From an uncultured Bacteroides sp. (GTDB taxonomy: Bacteria > Bacteroidota > Bacteroidia > G022818785), in assembly GCA_964620755.1 (NCBI GenBank), contig CAZUHH010000008.1, positions 191,172-255,171 on the forward strand: 64,000 nucleotides of DNA, given 5' to 3'. Of this stretch, positions 42,512 to 54,800 are shown piece by piece. Both the position numbers and the translations under genes were made by a program. The notes beneath the pieces are model-generated. The model was not told the DNA's origin. It searched no databases and saw nothing but the letters and a program-made list of their open reading frames with translations. Within the stretch, counting starts at the first letter, position 1, and each line of letters starts with the position of its first letter.

Positions 42512-44875
42512 ATGTCAAAAAAATATAAATTATTAAAAATTGCAAAAGACTTAAATATAAGTATACTAACAATAGTAAAGTATTTATCTAAATATGGGTA
42601 TAATATAGAACCTAATCCAGTTATTACTATAAATGAAGAATTGTATAATATTGTATTAAAAGAATCCAATATTAATCATACAAAGATTAAAATTAATACA
42701 ATTGAAAACAATAAATTACAGAATAACAATTCTCCGTACAGTCAAAATATTTCATTGCCTAAAATAATTGGAAAAATAGAATTATCTCCTAAAATAAAAT
42801 CTTTTTATAAAAATGATAGTAATTCAAATAAATTAAACATTAATAATTATGATAAAAAATCATTTTCTAAAAAAGATTTTATTAAAAATAATGATGGTGA
42901 TAAAATTAAAAAGAAATATTCTAAATTAAATAAGAATATATCTTATAACAATATTGATAAAAAATCAAACAAAAAAAAAGATACTAATAATATAACTACT
43001 AAAAAGATAAAATATAAATTAAATAATACATTTATATCAAATAAATATGTTATAAAAAGTAAACAGAAAAAAAATAAAAAAAATGATAAACTGAAATCAA
43101 ATAATAAAAATTTAATTATACAAAAAAATAAACCTAATATATTAGAAATAATAGAATTTATAACAGTTAATGAATTGTCTATTATGATGGCAATATCTGT
43201 AAATGATGTTATTAAAGCTTGTATTGAATTTGGAATAATAACTTCTATTAATCAACGTTTAGATAAAGATACTATTTCAATTATAACAGAATATTTTGGC
43301 TTTGAAGTAAAATTTATAAATTCTGATAATGATTTTAATATATATTATGATATAACTAAAGATGATATTAATGATTTGATTTTTCGACATCCTATAGTAA
43401 CGGTAATGGGCCATGTTGATCATGGCAAAACATCATTATTAGATTATATCAGAAATAGTAATATAACATCAAGTGAATATGGAGGAATTACTCAACATAT
43501 AGGAGCTTATGAAGTTAATGTTACTACAAAAAGTAAAATAACCTTTTTAGATACACCTGGGCACGAAGCTTTTACTGCTATGAGAGCAAGAGGTGCTACA
43601 GTAACAGATATAGCTATTATTATTATTGCAGCTAATAGTGAAGTTATGCCTCAAACTATAGAAGCTATAAATCATGCAAAAGCTGCATGTATTCCAATTG
43701 TATTTGCTATTAGTAAAATAGATATTACTGATAATAATGTTAATAAAATTAAAGAACAATTATCTAAAATAGATATCTTAGTTGAAGATTGGGGTGGTCA
43801 ATATCAATTACAAGAAATATCTATTAAAACAGGATATGGTATTAAAAATTTGTTAGAGAAAGTTCTATTAGAAGCTGAAGTTTTAGAACTTAAAACCAAT
43901 CCTAATAAAAATGCATGTGGTATTGTTATTGAGTCAACTTTAAAAAAAGGACTAGGTATAATTACGACAGTTATTGTTCAATATGGAGTTATAAAAGTTA
44001 ATAAATATATATTAGCTGGTCAATATAGTGGACGAATAAAAGCTATTTTTAATGAAAATAATAAGAAAATTACTTGTGCTTATGCTAGTATGCCTATTCA
44101 AATTTTAGGTCTTCAAGGTGCTCCTAATGTAGGTGATAAATTTATAATTATGGATTCAGAGCAAAAAGCTAAAGATATTGCTATTAAAAGACAACAATTA
44201 AATAGAGAATATATTTTAAGAACTAAAAAACATATTACTTTAGATGAAATAGGTAGAAGATTAGCAATAGGCAACTTTAAAGAATTAAATTTTATAATTA
44301 AATGTGATGTTGCTGGTTCTGTTGAAGTACTTGCTGATTCTTTAATAAAATTATCTAATAATCAAATAAAAATAAATATTATACATCAATCAGTTGGTCA
44401 AATATCAGAATCAGATATATTATTAGCATCAGCTTCTAATGCTATCATAGTTGGATTTCAAGTAAGACCATCTATAAAAGCAAAGAAAATATCAGAATTT
44501 AATACAGTAGAAATAAGATTATATGATGTTATATATAAAGCTATAGAAGATGTTAAATTAGCAATTAAAGGATTATTAACTCCAAAAAAATTTGAAAAAA
44601 TTACTGGTAATTTATCTATTAAAGAGATTTTCAAAATAAAAAAGACAGGATTGATAATAGGATGTATAATATCAAATGGTATTATACATAGAAATGATAA
44701 AGTTAGAGTAATAAGAGATGGAATAGTCATACATACTGGTACTATATCTTCTCTTAAACAATTTAAAGAAAATGTACAATCAGTATCAGTAGGACATGAG
44801 TGTGGAATTAAAATTGATAATTTTAATGATCCTAAAATAGGAGATATAATAGAATCATTTAAAATAACAAATTAA
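42512..44875 (+). CDS. infB: Translation initiation factor IF-2
   Basis: G-domain motifs GHVDHGKTSLLD, DTPGHEAF, SKID; Lys/Asn-rich N-terminal linker; 787 aa. Confidence 0.95.
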   Translation: MSKKYKLLKIAKDLNISILTIVKYLSKYGYNIEPNPVITINEELYNIVLKESNINHTKIKINTIENNKLQNNNSPYSQNISLPKIIGKIELSPKIKSFYKNDSNSNKLNINNYDKKSFSKKDFIKNNDGDKIKKKYSKLNKNISYNNIDKKSNKKKDTNNITTKKIKYKLNNTFISNKYVIKSKQKKNKKNDKLKSNNKNLIIQKNKPNILEIIEFITVNELSIMMAISVNDVIKACIEFGIITSINQRLDKDTISIITEYFGFEVKFINSDNDFNIYYDITKDDINDLIFRHPIVTVMGHVDHGKTSLLDYIRNSNITSSEYGGITQHIGAYEVNVTTKSKITFLDTPGHEAFTAMRARGATVTDIAIIIIAANSEVMPQTIEAINHAKAACIPIVFAISKIDITDNNVNKIKEQLSKIDILVEDWGGQYQLQEISIKTGYGIKNLLEKVLLEAEVLELKTNPNKNACGIVIESTLKKGLGIITTVIVQYGVIKVNKYILAGQYSGRIKAIFNENNKKITCAYASMPIQILGLQGAPNVGDKFIIMDSEQKAKDIAIKRQQLNREYILRTKKHITLDEIGRRLAIGNFKELNFIIKCDVAGSVEVLADSLIKLSNNQIKINIIHQSVGQISESDILLASASNAIIVGFQVRPSIKAKKISEFNTVEIRLYDVIYKAIEDVKLAIKGLLTPKKFEKITGNLSIKEIFKIKKTGLIIGCIISNGIIHRNDKVRVIRDGIVIHTGTISSLKQFKENVQSVSVGHECGIKIDNFNDPKIGDIIESFKITN

Positions 44876-45519
44876 GGAGATAATATTTTCATAGTCCATT
44901 TTGTTTTTTTTATATAGATGATTCTTTTATGTAATCTATTAGGTCTTCCTTGCCAAAATTCTATTGAATATGGCTTTATGAGATATCCACCCCAATATTT
45001 AGGGCATTCTATTTTATAATTAATTTTATTAAATAATTTTTTCCATTTAAGGTCTAACTTATCAATAGACTTGATATATTTACTTTGATGAGATATTATT
45101 GTGCTAATAATATTACTTTTAGGTCTTGATAAAAAATAATTATTTGAATTTCTATAAGACGTTTTGCTAACAATACCCTTAATTCTAATTTGTTTTTCTA
45201 ATATAGGCCAAAATAATGTTGCTGAAACATTATTATTGTTATTTATATCTTTACCCTTTTTACTATTATAATTAGTGTAAAATACAAATCCTCTATTAGA
45301 AAAATGCCTTAATAAAACAACTCTAGCATCAGGTTGATTATTATAATCTATAGTAGATAATATCATAGCATTTAAATCTACAATTTTACAACTTGATGCA
45401 ATTTGTATCCATATAGCAAATTCTTTAAAAGGATTTTTATCAAGATTTTTTCTATAATAATTTTTATTATCATAATCTCTATGTATGTTATATAATTTCA
45501 TTTTATTAGCAATTTTCAT
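44872..45519 (-). CDS. pdxH: Pyridoxamine 5'-phosphate oxidase
   Basis: RVVLLRHFSNRGFVFYTNYNSKKG and FWQGRPNRLHKR blocks; convergent 4-bp overlap with infB. Confidence 0.85.
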   Translation of the reverse strand: MKIANKMKLYNIHRDYDNKNYYRKNLDKNPFKEFAIWIQIASSCKIVDLNAMILSTIDYNNQPDARVVLLRHFSNRGFVFYTNYNSKKGKDINNNNNVSATLFWPILEKQIRIKGIVSKTSYRNSNNYFLSRPKSNIISTIISHQSKYIKSIDKLDLKWKKLFNKINYKIECPKYWGGYLIKPYSIEFWQGRPNRLHKRIIYIKKTKWTMKILSP

Positions 45520-45598
45520 GTAAATTATATAAAATATTAACTGTATTTTTTGTTATTTTAATATAATTTAACAATAAATCAAATAAAATAGAAATAAT

Positions 45599-47464
45599 TT
45601 GAAAAATAGATCAATTTTTATTGGTAAAATATTTATATCAGAAAATAAATCTTTTATTATTTATCATAATAAAATTTTTAATATAAAAAATCATTTTACG
45701 CTTTTAAATAGAGATATTATTAAAGCTTTTATATATTTCAATAAAAAAGTCAAAATTATTAAAATCATTAAAAGACAAAAAAATAAATTTACTGGAATAG
45801 TTAAAATGATAAATAATAAAATATTTTTTATTCCAGACGATAAAATTTTTAATAATAAAATTATCATTAAACATATTAATTATATAGATAAAATATTAAA
45901 TAAAAAATTATTAGTATCTATTAACTCTCATTATATAAAGAATAATTATATTTTAGGCAAAATTATTAAAATAATAGGCAATATAGGCTCATATGATACT
46001 GATATAGCAACATTAATTGAAAATAATGGTTTTAATATGTCATTTAATGCTAAAACACTTAATGAAGCTAATAGTATAACAAAATTTATTCCATCATCTG
46101 AATTAAAATCAAGATTAGATTTAAGAAATACTTTAACTTTTACTATTGATGGTGAAGATTCTAAAGATTATGATGATGCATTTTCATTTAAAAAAATAAA
46201 TAATAATTTATATGAAATAGGCGTTCATATCGCTGATGTAACATATTACGTTAAGGAAAATTCTAATATTGATAAAGAAGCATTTAATAGAGGTAATTCT
46301 GTATATTTAGTAGACAGAGTTATACCGATGTTACCTGAAATTTTATCTAATGATATTTGTTCTTTAAAAGAAAAAGAAGAAAGATTATGTTTTTCTATGA
46401 TTTTACATATGGATATAAATGCTAAAATTCATTATAAATGGATTGGAAAAACTATCATTAGATCTGATAAAAAATTTACATATGATTCAATACAAAATAT
46501 ATTAGATGGTAAAAATAAAATTTATGTTGATGAATTAAATATTCTCAATAAAATATCTAGTATATTGGATGATAAAAAATATCAAAGTGGAGTCATAAAA
46601 TTTAATAATAATGATATAAAAATTATATTAGATTCTTATAATAAACCTATAAAAATTAATATAATTAAACATAAACAATCACATATTTTAGTAGAAAATT
46701 TTATGCTATTAGTAAATAAAGAAATAGCTTTGTTTATGAGAAAAGAAAAATTATTTATATATAGGCATCATGATACACCTAATAAAAGAGATATTAATAA
46801 TATAGTAAAAATTGCTAATAAATTAGGTTATAATATAAATATTAATTCTTTTAAAGAAACAAATTATTTATATAATTTTCTATTAAATAATACAAATAAT
46901 ATAAATGATAAAAGATTATTGTATAATATAATATTAAATTCTATGCCTAAAGCTATTTATACAACAAGAAAAAAAAGTCATTATGGGCTATCTTTTAAAT
47001 ATTATACTCATTTTACTTCTCCTATAAGAAGATATAGTGATATTATTGTACACAGATTATTATACAATTATATATTGAATAATAATAAATTATATGATAA
47101 AAAATATTATGAAGACAAATGTAAACATATATCAATGCAAGAGTGTAATTCTATTAAAATTGAAAGATTATCATTGCAATATAAAATGGCTGAATTTATG
47201 TATCAATATATTAATTATTCATTTGACGGATTTATTACCGGTATTAATTTTTATGCTATGTATGTACAAATAATTGATAATAAATGTGAAGGTATTATAT
47301 CTCTAAGAGATATTAATGACGATATATATATATATAACAAATTTTTATTTTATGTTAAAGGTAAAAATAATAAAAAAATATATAGATTGGGAGATAGTAT
47401 AAAAGTTAAAGTTTTTGACGTAAATTTGAATAAATATCAGGTATATTTTAAAATAATAAATTGA
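45599..47464 (+). CDS. rnr: Ribonuclease R / RNB-family 3'-5' exoribonuclease
   Basis: RNB-domain motif DGEDSKDYDDAFS and C-terminal S1-like region; apparent TTG start. Confidence 0.82.
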   Translation: MKNRSIFIGKIFISENKSFIIYHNKIFNIKNHFTLLNRDIIKAFIYFNKKVKIIKIIKRQKNKFTGIVKMINNKIFFIPDDKIFNNKIIIKHINYIDKILNKKLLVSINSHYIKNNYILGKIIKIIGNIGSYDTDIATLIENNGFNMSFNAKTLNEANSITKFIPSSELKSRLDLRNTLTFTIDGEDSKDYDDAFSFKKINNNLYEIGVHIADVTYYVKENSNIDKEAFNRGNSVYLVDRVIPMLPEILSNDICSLKEKEERLCFSMILHMDINAKIHYKWIGKTIIRSDKKFTYDSIQNILDGKNKIYVDELNILNKISSILDDKKYQSGVIKFNNNDIKIILDSYNKPIKINIIKHKQSHILVENFMLLVNKEIALFMRKEKLFIYRHHDTPNKRDINNIVKIANKLGYNININSFKETNYLYNFLLNNTNNINDKRLLYNIILNSMPKAIYTTRKKSHYGLSFKYYTHFTSPIRRYSDIIVHRLLYNYILNNNKLYDKKYYEDKCKHISMQECNSIKIERLSLQYKMAEFMYQYINYSFDGFITGINFYAMYVQIIDNKCEGIISLRDINDDIYIYNKFLFYVKGKNNKKIYRLGDSIKVKVFDVNLNKYQVYFKIIN

Positions 47465-47476
47465 AATTTTAGCTAT

Positions 47477-47561
47477 GCGGATGTGGCGAAATAAGGTATA
47501 CGCATTAGATTTAGGATCTAACGCTTTTAATAGCATAAGGGTTCGAGTCCCTTCATCCGCA
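47477..47561 (+). tRNA. tRNA-Leu (anticodon UAG), type II with long variable arm
   Basis: Acceptor stem GCGGATG/CATCCGC, D-loop with GG, anticodon stem TTAGA/TCTAA, loop TTTAGGA (anticodon TAG, G37), T-arm AAGGG-TTCGAGT-CCCTT, discriminator A; CCA not encoded. Confidence 0.85.
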
Positions 47562-47583
47562 TTTTTATGAATAAATATTAAGT

Positions 47584-48852
47584 ATGAAATTTAAAATAGA
47601 AAATATAGATAATTTACATTTAGTTATTAATATTGAAATTAATAAAGGTGATTATTATAAACAAACTATAAAATCTTTAATTAATTATAGTAAAAATAAT
47701 AATATATCAGGTTTTAGAAATGGTTTTGTTCCAATTGAATATTTAATGAAATTATATGGAAAAAATATAATAAAAAATGAAATAAATAGAATCAGTAACG
47801 ATTTAATTATTGATTATATACATAAAAATAAAATAAAAATTATAGGTAATCCTATTTTAGATAGTGATTTAAATCAATATAAATGGAATTTTAATGATAT
47901 TTTTAATTTACAATATCATTTAGGAATTATACCACATATAGCTATTACAAAACATTCTAAGTATGAATTAAATCATTATAATGTTATATTAGATGATAAT
48001 TCTATTGACAAATATATTGAACATTTGAAAATTCAAGATAATAAAAAAGATAAAATTGAAAGTGTTACTGTAAGTTCATTAATAGAATTAGAAATATATC
48101 AAGATAATGATTATAAAATTGTCAATACAATTTACTATAATGATATAGAAAATGAAATTGTTAAAAAAGCTTTTTTAAATAAAAAAGTAGGGGATATAAT
48201 AAAATTTAATATAAATGATATTTTTATTAGTTTCAAAAAAGAAAAAATATGTGCTCTTCTAAAGATAAAATTTAATAACGTTAATTTAATTGAAGGTATT
48301 TTTCTTTTTAAGATAAAAAATATTTTTAATATAAATGATATAACAATAAATGATAATTTTTATAACAAATTATTTATGGCGTATCAAGTTAATACCAAAC
48401 ATAATTTAAAAATTAAAATAAAGAATTTTTTGTTTAAAAATTTGATTTTATATTCAAATAATAAATTACTATATGATTTTTACAGTTTTATTATTTTAAA
48501 TTCCAAATTTAATTTATCCTATAGTTTTATTAAAAAAATGTTAATTATTAATAAATCTTATAATAATTCAAATAATAAGCTATTAAAGAATAAAATTTAT
48601 GATATTATTCATAAAATGTCAATTAATATAATAAGAGAACATATTATCCAATTTTATAATATAAAATTGGATAAAAATAGCTTTGATGATTATATTATAA
48701 AAAATAATATTGATATTAATATGTATAAAAATGACATGTTACAAAATATTTATAACAGTATTATAGATGAAAAGATTATTTTTTACATTTATAAATATAA
48801 TAATGTAAAAAATATTAACATAAAATATCAGGATTTTATAAAAATTTTATAA
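47584..48852 (+). CDS. tig: Trigger factor
   Basis: N-terminal ribosome-binding signature GFRNGFVP and overall length/architecture; 422 aa. Confidence 0.78.
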   Translation: MKFKIENIDNLHLVINIEINKGDYYKQTIKSLINYSKNNNISGFRNGFVPIEYLMKLYGKNIIKNEINRISNDLIIDYIHKNKIKIIGNPILDSDLNQYKWNFNDIFNLQYHLGIIPHIAITKHSKYELNHYNVILDDNSIDKYIEHLKIQDNKKDKIESVTVSSLIELEIYQDNDYKIVNTIYYNDIENEIVKKAFLNKKVGDIIKFNINDIFISFKKEKICALLKIKFNNVNLIEGIFLFKIKNIFNINDITINDNFYNKLFMAYQVNTKHNLKIKIKNFLFKNLILYSNNKLLYDFYSFIILNSKFNLSYSFIKKMLIINKSYNNSNNKLLKNKIYDIIHKMSINIIREHIIQFYNIKLDKNSFDDYIIKNNIDINMYKNDMLQNIYNSIIDEKIIFYIYKYNNVKNINIKYQDFIKIL

Positions 48853-48889
48853 TAAAAAAATAATTTTGAATAATATTGATGATATAAAT

Positions 48890-49297
48890 ATGCAATATGC
48901 ATTTAATGAAGCATTACATGCTTATATTATAGGTGAAGTTCCAATAGGAGCAATTGTTGTTGATAAAAAAAATACAATAATAGGCAAAGGATATAATATG
49001 ATTGAAAGATTAAAAGATCCTTCTGCCCATGCTGAAATACAAGCTATGACAGCTGCATGTAATTATTTAGGAAATAAATATTTGAGTAATTGTGTATTAT
49101 ATGTAACTTTAGAGCCTTGTAATATGTGCTTAGAAGCATCATATTTATTTATGATTAAAAGAATAGTATGTGGTAGTAAAAATTATCATAAAAAATCTAT
49201 TTATAATAATCTTAAATTAGATTATTGCGATCATAAGAATAAATATTCTCATTTTTTAAAAAATTTTTTTCAAAATAGAAGAAAATTAAAATTTTAA
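48890..49297 (+). CDS. tadA: tRNA-specific adenosine deaminase
   Basis: Zinc-binding HAEIQAM and LEPCNMC motifs; start placed at ATG 48890 (MQYAFNEAL), track start 48866 is TTG. Confidence 0.85.
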   Translation: MQYAFNEALHAYIIGEVPIGAIVVDKKNTIIGKGYNMIERLKDPSAHAEIQAMTAACNYLGNKYLSNCVLYVTLEPCNMCLEASYLFMIKRIVCGSKNYHKKSIYNNLKLDYCDHKNKYSHFLKNFFQNRRKLKF

Positions 49298-49385
49298 TGT
49301 TATTTTATTTTAAATAAAATAATTATATTCATTATATTGATGTAATAATATTTATAATTTTTAACTAAAAAAATATTAATAAACT

Positions 49386-50003
49386 ATGTCTTTTATATTG
49401 CAAGCACTTCCTTATGATAGTAGTGCATTAGAACCTTATATTGATAAAACTACTATGGAATTACATTATGGTAAACATCATAATACTTATGTTGCTAATT
49501 TAAATAAAGCAATTGAAAATAATCATAATGCTAATAGTCATTGTATAGAAGATATTATATGCGATATTTCTAAATATAATTTAGCTATAAGAAATAATGC
49601 AGGAGGACATTACAATCATTCATTTTTTTGGGATACATTAACAGCTTTTAAAGAACAAAATAATTTGTCAGGTAACTTGAGAGATTCTATAGTGTCTACA
49701 TTTGGATCTTTTGATAATTTTAAAAATGAATTTTCAAAAAAAGCTCTTCAATTATTTGGATCAGGATGGATATGGCTTATTGTACAAAATAATCAATTAA
49801 AATTATGTACAACTCCTAATCAAGATAATCCTATGATGGATATTGCAATAGAAAAAGGCAATCCAATTATTGGATTAGATTTATGGGAGCATGCTTATTA
49901 TTTAAAGTATAATAATAGAAGAATAGATTATATTAATGCTTTTTATAATATTATTAATTGGGAAAAAGGATTAGAAAGATTTAATAAATATATAAACAAT
50001 TGA
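49386..50003 (+). CDS. sodA: Superoxide dismutase (Fe/Mn family)
   Basis: LPYDSSALEPYID, HYGKHHNTYV, FGSGWIWL, DLWEHAYY; metal specificity not determinable from sequence. Confidence 0.9.
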   Translation: MSFILQALPYDSSALEPYIDKTTMELHYGKHHNTYVANLNKAIENNHNANSHCIEDIICDISKYNLAIRNNAGGHYNHSFFWDTLTAFKEQNNLSGNLRDSIVSTFGSFDNFKNEFSKKALQLFGSGWIWLIVQNNQLKLCTTPNQDNPMMDIAIEKGNPIIGLDLWEHAYYLKYNNRRIDYINAFYNIINWEKGLERFNKYINN

Positions 50004-50004
50004 T

Positions 50005-50751
50005 TTATTCTTTGTCTAAATAAATATTTATTGGAGTGCCAAATAATACTTTATCATTTATGGGCTTAAATGATGATTTTTGTTTATATATAATTGCATT
50101 ATTTTTATCATTTACTTTTTTAGTATAAGTAATTAATCCTATAGTTAAATTTTTATCTATTATTATTTTAATAGCTTCTGCTAAAGTTAATCCCTTTAAA
50201 TTAGGAATTTCTACTGTATTATTTCCTAAACCATTGCCAAAATATAAATCTATAGTGTTTTTTATATAAATAGGTTTGTTAAAATTAATAATACTATTTT
50301 CGTGTTTTGCATATAGTAATATATCTTTTTGATTGGATTGTATATATACAATTTTCCTTATATTAATATTATATTGAGATAATATGTTAATAACATCTCT
50401 TTTTGTCATATTGCATAATTCGGGTATTATAACATATAATGGTTTAGGAGCAGTTACATTGACATATATTTGTCTTTTATTTTTAATATCACTATATGGT
50501 AATGGATATTGATTAATAATAATGTTTTCAGGTTTATTATCAACAAATGTATATCCTATTTTTAATTTTATATTGTCTTTTATTGATTTATCAACATTAA
50601 ATATATTAATTCCGATTAAATTAGGTGTCTTTATAAAATTATTATATCTAGTATAATAATATAAAAATGACGAAATTTGCATGTATGTAATTAAAAATAA
50701 AAAAATAATTGCTATTGTATATTTTATAATATTGAAAATATATTTAATCAT
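50005..50751 (-). CDS. PASTA domain-containing membrane protein
   Basis: N-terminal TM helix followed by repeated PASTA-like modules (e.g. IEIPNLKGLTLAEAIKIIIDKNLTIG); divergent from ddl. Confidence 0.65.
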   Translation of the reverse strand: MIKYIFNIIKYTIAIIFLFLITYMQISSFLYYYTRYNNFIKTPNLIGINIFNVDKSIKDNIKLKIGYTFVDNKPENIIINQYPLPYSDIKNKRQIYVNVTAPKPLYVIIPELCNMTKRDVINILSQYNINIRKIVYIQSNQKDILLYAKHENSIINFNKPIYIKNTIDLYFGNGLGNNTVEIPNLKGLTLAEAIKIIIDKNLTIGLITYTKKVNDKNNAIIYKQKSSFKPINDKVLFGTPINIYLDKE

Positions 50752-50819
50752 ATTATATTATAATAATTTTATTTTTCAATTTTATAAAAAACATTCTATT
50801 TAAAATTAATATTAGTAAT

Positions 50820-51824
50820 ATGAAATATAAAATAGCTCTTGTTGTAGGAGGTTATACTAAAGAATATAATATATCTATTCAAGATATAGATTATATAATA
50901 TCTAATTTTGATAAAAATTTATATGAAGTTTATGTAATTTTTATTGAAAAAAATTATTGGTATTATATTAATAGGTTAGATAATACAAAAATTATAGTTA
51001 ATAAAAATGATTTTTCATTAAATATTAATAATATTATTATCAAATTTGATTTGGCATTTATAAATATGCATGGATCACCAGGAGAAGATGGAAAATTAAA
51101 AGGTTATTTTGATATGATTAATATACCTTATACGAGTTCTAATTATATTACATCTGCAATTTGTATGAATAAAAGAATATCAAAACTTTTAATAAAAAAA
51201 TCTACAATATTAAATATTAATGTACCTAAATTTATTTATGTCAATAATTTAAATAGAATGATAAATATAGATTATATTAGTAATTATATTAAATTTCCAT
51301 TTTTTGTTAAAGCTAATAATTTAGGTTCTAGTATTGGAGTATTTAAGGTATATAATCTTAATCAATATATATTGTCATTGAATGCTATTTTTCAAGAAGA
51401 TAATGAAATGATAATAGAAGAATATATAAAAGGTAAAGAATTTAGTATAAGTGTTTTTAAATATAAAAATGATGTAATTGTATTGCCTATTACAGAAATT
51501 ATTCATAATAGTGATTTTTTTGATTATGAAGCAAAATATAATGATTTTTCAAATAAAAACATTATTTTATCAAATATTAATGGACATAATTTTAATAATA
51601 TTATTAAAGTATCTAAAGATATATATAATTTCTTTAATTGTAGTGGTATTATACGTTTGGACTTTATTAAGGAAATAGCTACTAATAAATGGTTTTTTTT
51701 AGAAATTAATATAATACCTGCTATAAATAGAAATAGCATTTCATCAATACATATTAGAAATAGCACATATAGTATGCAAGATTTTTATAATATTTTAATA
51801 AATGAAGCATTAAATAAAATATGA
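50820..51824 (+). CDS. ddl: D-alanine--D-alanine ligase
   Basis: N-terminal IALVVGGYTKEYNISI and ATP-grasp blocks (FFVKANNLGSSIGV, IIRLDFI); 334 aa. Confidence 0.85.
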   Translation: MKYKIALVVGGYTKEYNISIQDIDYIISNFDKNLYEVYVIFIEKNYWYYINRLDNTKIIVNKNDFSLNINNIIIKFDLAFINMHGSPGEDGKLKGYFDMINIPYTSSNYITSAICMNKRISKLLIKKSTILNINVPKFIYVNNLNRMINIDYISNYIKFPFFVKANNLGSSIGVFKVYNLNQYILSLNAIFQEDNEMIIEEYIKGKEFSISVFKYKNDVIVLPITEIIHNSDFFDYEAKYNDFSNKNIILSNINGHNFNNIIKVSKDIYNFFNCSGIIRLDFIKEIATNKWFFLEINIIPAINRNSISSIHIRNSTYSMQDFYNILINEALNKI

Positions 51825-51871
51825 TCTATTTATCGAAATAATTTTTATTAAAAATTCTTTTAATATATAAA

Positions 51872-54800
51872 ATGATTAAAAAATATAAAGAATATAAATA
51901 TTTAGATATTCAAAATAATGAAACTAATATTTTACAATTTTGGAAAGAAAATTCAATTTTTTGTAAAAGCATATACAATAAAACTAAAAATAGTAGAATT
52001 TTTTCTTTTTTAGATGGACCACCTTCCATAAATGGATTACCTGGTATACATCACGTAGTTTCTCGTGTATATAAAGATATATTCTGTCGTTATAAAACCA
52101 TGCAAGGATATATAGTTTATAGAAAAGCAGGTTGGGATTCTCATGGACTACCTGTAGAATTAAAAATTGAAAAAGAATTAAAAATTAATAAATACGATAT
52201 ACCAGATAAAATATCTATTGCTGAATATTGTAATAAATGTTATAACGATGTTATAAGTAATATTAAATTTTGGAAAGATTTAACTGTTAAAATGGGATAC
52301 TGGATTGATATTGAAAATTCGTATAATACTTGTAATAACAGTTATATAGAAAGTGTATGGAATATTATTAAAATATTATTTAATAAAAAACTTATTTACA
52401 AAGGTTATAAAATACAGCCATATTCCCCTTGTGCAGGCACAGGATTAAGTTTTCATGAATTAAATCAATTAGGATCTTACAAAGTTATTAAAGATACTAG
52501 TTTGGTTGTAAAATTTAAAATTATTTTTAATGAAAAATATAAAAATATCTTTATAGATGTACAAGAAAATATTTATCTTTTAGTCTGGACTACTACTCCT
52601 TGGACTTTACCCGCTAATTCTGCTATAGCAATTAATAAATATATTAAATATGTTAAAATACAATTATTTGATAAAATAAATAAAAATTATATCAGTGTAA
52701 TTTTATCTAAAAATCAAATATACAATTACTTTAATGCTAATGATCAATGTGATATAATGCCTGATTATTATAATGATATTAATTCAAAAAACTGGAAAAT
52801 AATATGTGAATATGATGGATATTTATTATTAAATTTAAAATATGAACAATTAATGCCATACATATATAATGATTATTTATTAAATAATGCATTTTATATT
52901 TTACATGGAAATTTTGTAAATGATAATACAGGTACAGGTATAGTTCATATAGCACCTATGTTTGGAATAGATGATTATAAATTATGTATTGATAATAATA
53001 TTCCAATGGTTGGTGTAAAACAAAATAATAATAAATATATAAAACCTATAGTTGATTTAAAGGGACGATTTATAAAAGAAATACAAGATTTTGCTGGTCA
53101 ATATGTTAGATCTGAATACAGTAATGATAATGCAGCTTGCTCTAATATAATTAATAAATTATGTATTGATAATAAAATATTTACTATTATTGAATATGAG
53201 CACTTATATCCTCATTGTTGGCGTACAGATAAACCAATTTTATATTATCCAATGGAATCATGGTTTATTAAAACAACTGCAATGAAAGATAAAATTATGC
53301 AATTAAGTCAAAAAATAAATTGGATTCCTAAACAAGTTGGACAAAAAAGATTTTATGATTGGCTTAATAACATAGTTGATTGGAATTTTTCAAGATCAAG
53401 ATTTTGGGGCACACCATTACCTATTTGGCAAGATATAGATAATCAAAATATAATTTGTATAGGTTCTGTTAATGAATTAAAAAAAGAGTTAGAATATTCA
53501 ATAAATGCTAATATATTAAAAGAAAAAGATATTAAAATTAATAAATCATTCCTTGATAAGATTAATAATAATAACTTTAATTTACATAAACCATATGTAG
53601 ACAATATAATATTAATAAAAAATAATAAAAAGTTGTATAGAGAAAATGATGTCGTAGATGTTTGGTTAGATTCTGGATGTGCTCCATATGGACAAATTCA
53701 TTATCCTTTTGAAAATAATACAATATTTAAAAAAACTTTTCCAGTTGATTTTATTTCGGAAGGAATAGATCAAACTAGAGGATGGTTTTTTACATTACAT
53801 GTTATTTCAGTTATGATAAATGAATCTATTGCATTTAAAAATGTTATACCCCATGGGCTTGTATTAGATAAATATGGCAATAAAATGTCAAAAAAATATG
53901 GTAATAGTTTAAATCCTTTTAACATTATTAATGAATATGGTGCTGATATATTGAGATGGTATATTATTAGTAATAGTCTTTCAAGTGATAATATTAAATT
54001 TGACTTGTTAGAATTAAAAAAAATAAGAAATAAATTTTTTGGAACATTACATAACATTTATTCTTTTTTTGCATTATATGCTAATATAGATAATTTTATT
54101 GATGATAAATTTACATTTAACATAATAGATAGTCCTATAATTGATAAATGGATTATAAGTGAACTTAATTTATTAATAAAAAATGTTACAAATTATATGA
54201 ATAAATATGACAGTTATAAAACTGTTCACATTATTAATAATTTTGTAATTCAATTATTAAGTAATTGGTATGTTCGTATTTGTAGAAGAAGATTTTGGAA
54301 AAGTGAATATACAAAAGATAAAATATCAGCATATAAAACATTGTATATGTGTTTATATAATATATCTCTTTTATTAGCACCTATAATACCTTTTTATAGT
54401 GAAATTATATATAAAGATTTAATAGCAATCAACCCTTATTTATTTAAACTATCTGTACATCTTAACAATTTTCCTTGCTTTGATAAAAACCTGATAAACT
54501 TAAACTTAAATAGAAATATGAGATTTGCTAAAGATATTGTTTCTATAGTATTATCATTAAGAAAAAAAGCTAATATCAATGTAAAAACTCCATTGCAAAC
54601 AATAATGATATTACCTAAATATAATAAATATAAATCATATATAGATAGTGTAAAAGATATAATATTATTTGAAACTAATGTTAAAACAATAAAATTTGTT
54701 AATTATAACAATAAAATTTTCGTAAAAAAAGCTAAACCTAAATACAAAGTAATAGGTCCTATTTTTGGTAAAAAAGTAAAATATATAATTAATATAATTG

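Noticed and set aside
42472-42669. 65-aa minus-strand ORF across the nusA-infB junction
   Set aside because: It overlaps the infB start region antisense, with no motif; nusA and infB are confidently called.
47345-47536. 63-aa minus-strand ORF spanning the rnr 3' end and the tRNA-Leu gene
   Set aside because: It overlaps a well-formed tRNA and the end of rnr; spurious.
49300-49322. A/T-only palindrome (ttattttattt/aaataaaataa) just after the tadA stop as a terminator
   Set aside because: No G/C pairs and an effectively 1-nt loop; likely compositional. Kept only as a weak possibility.
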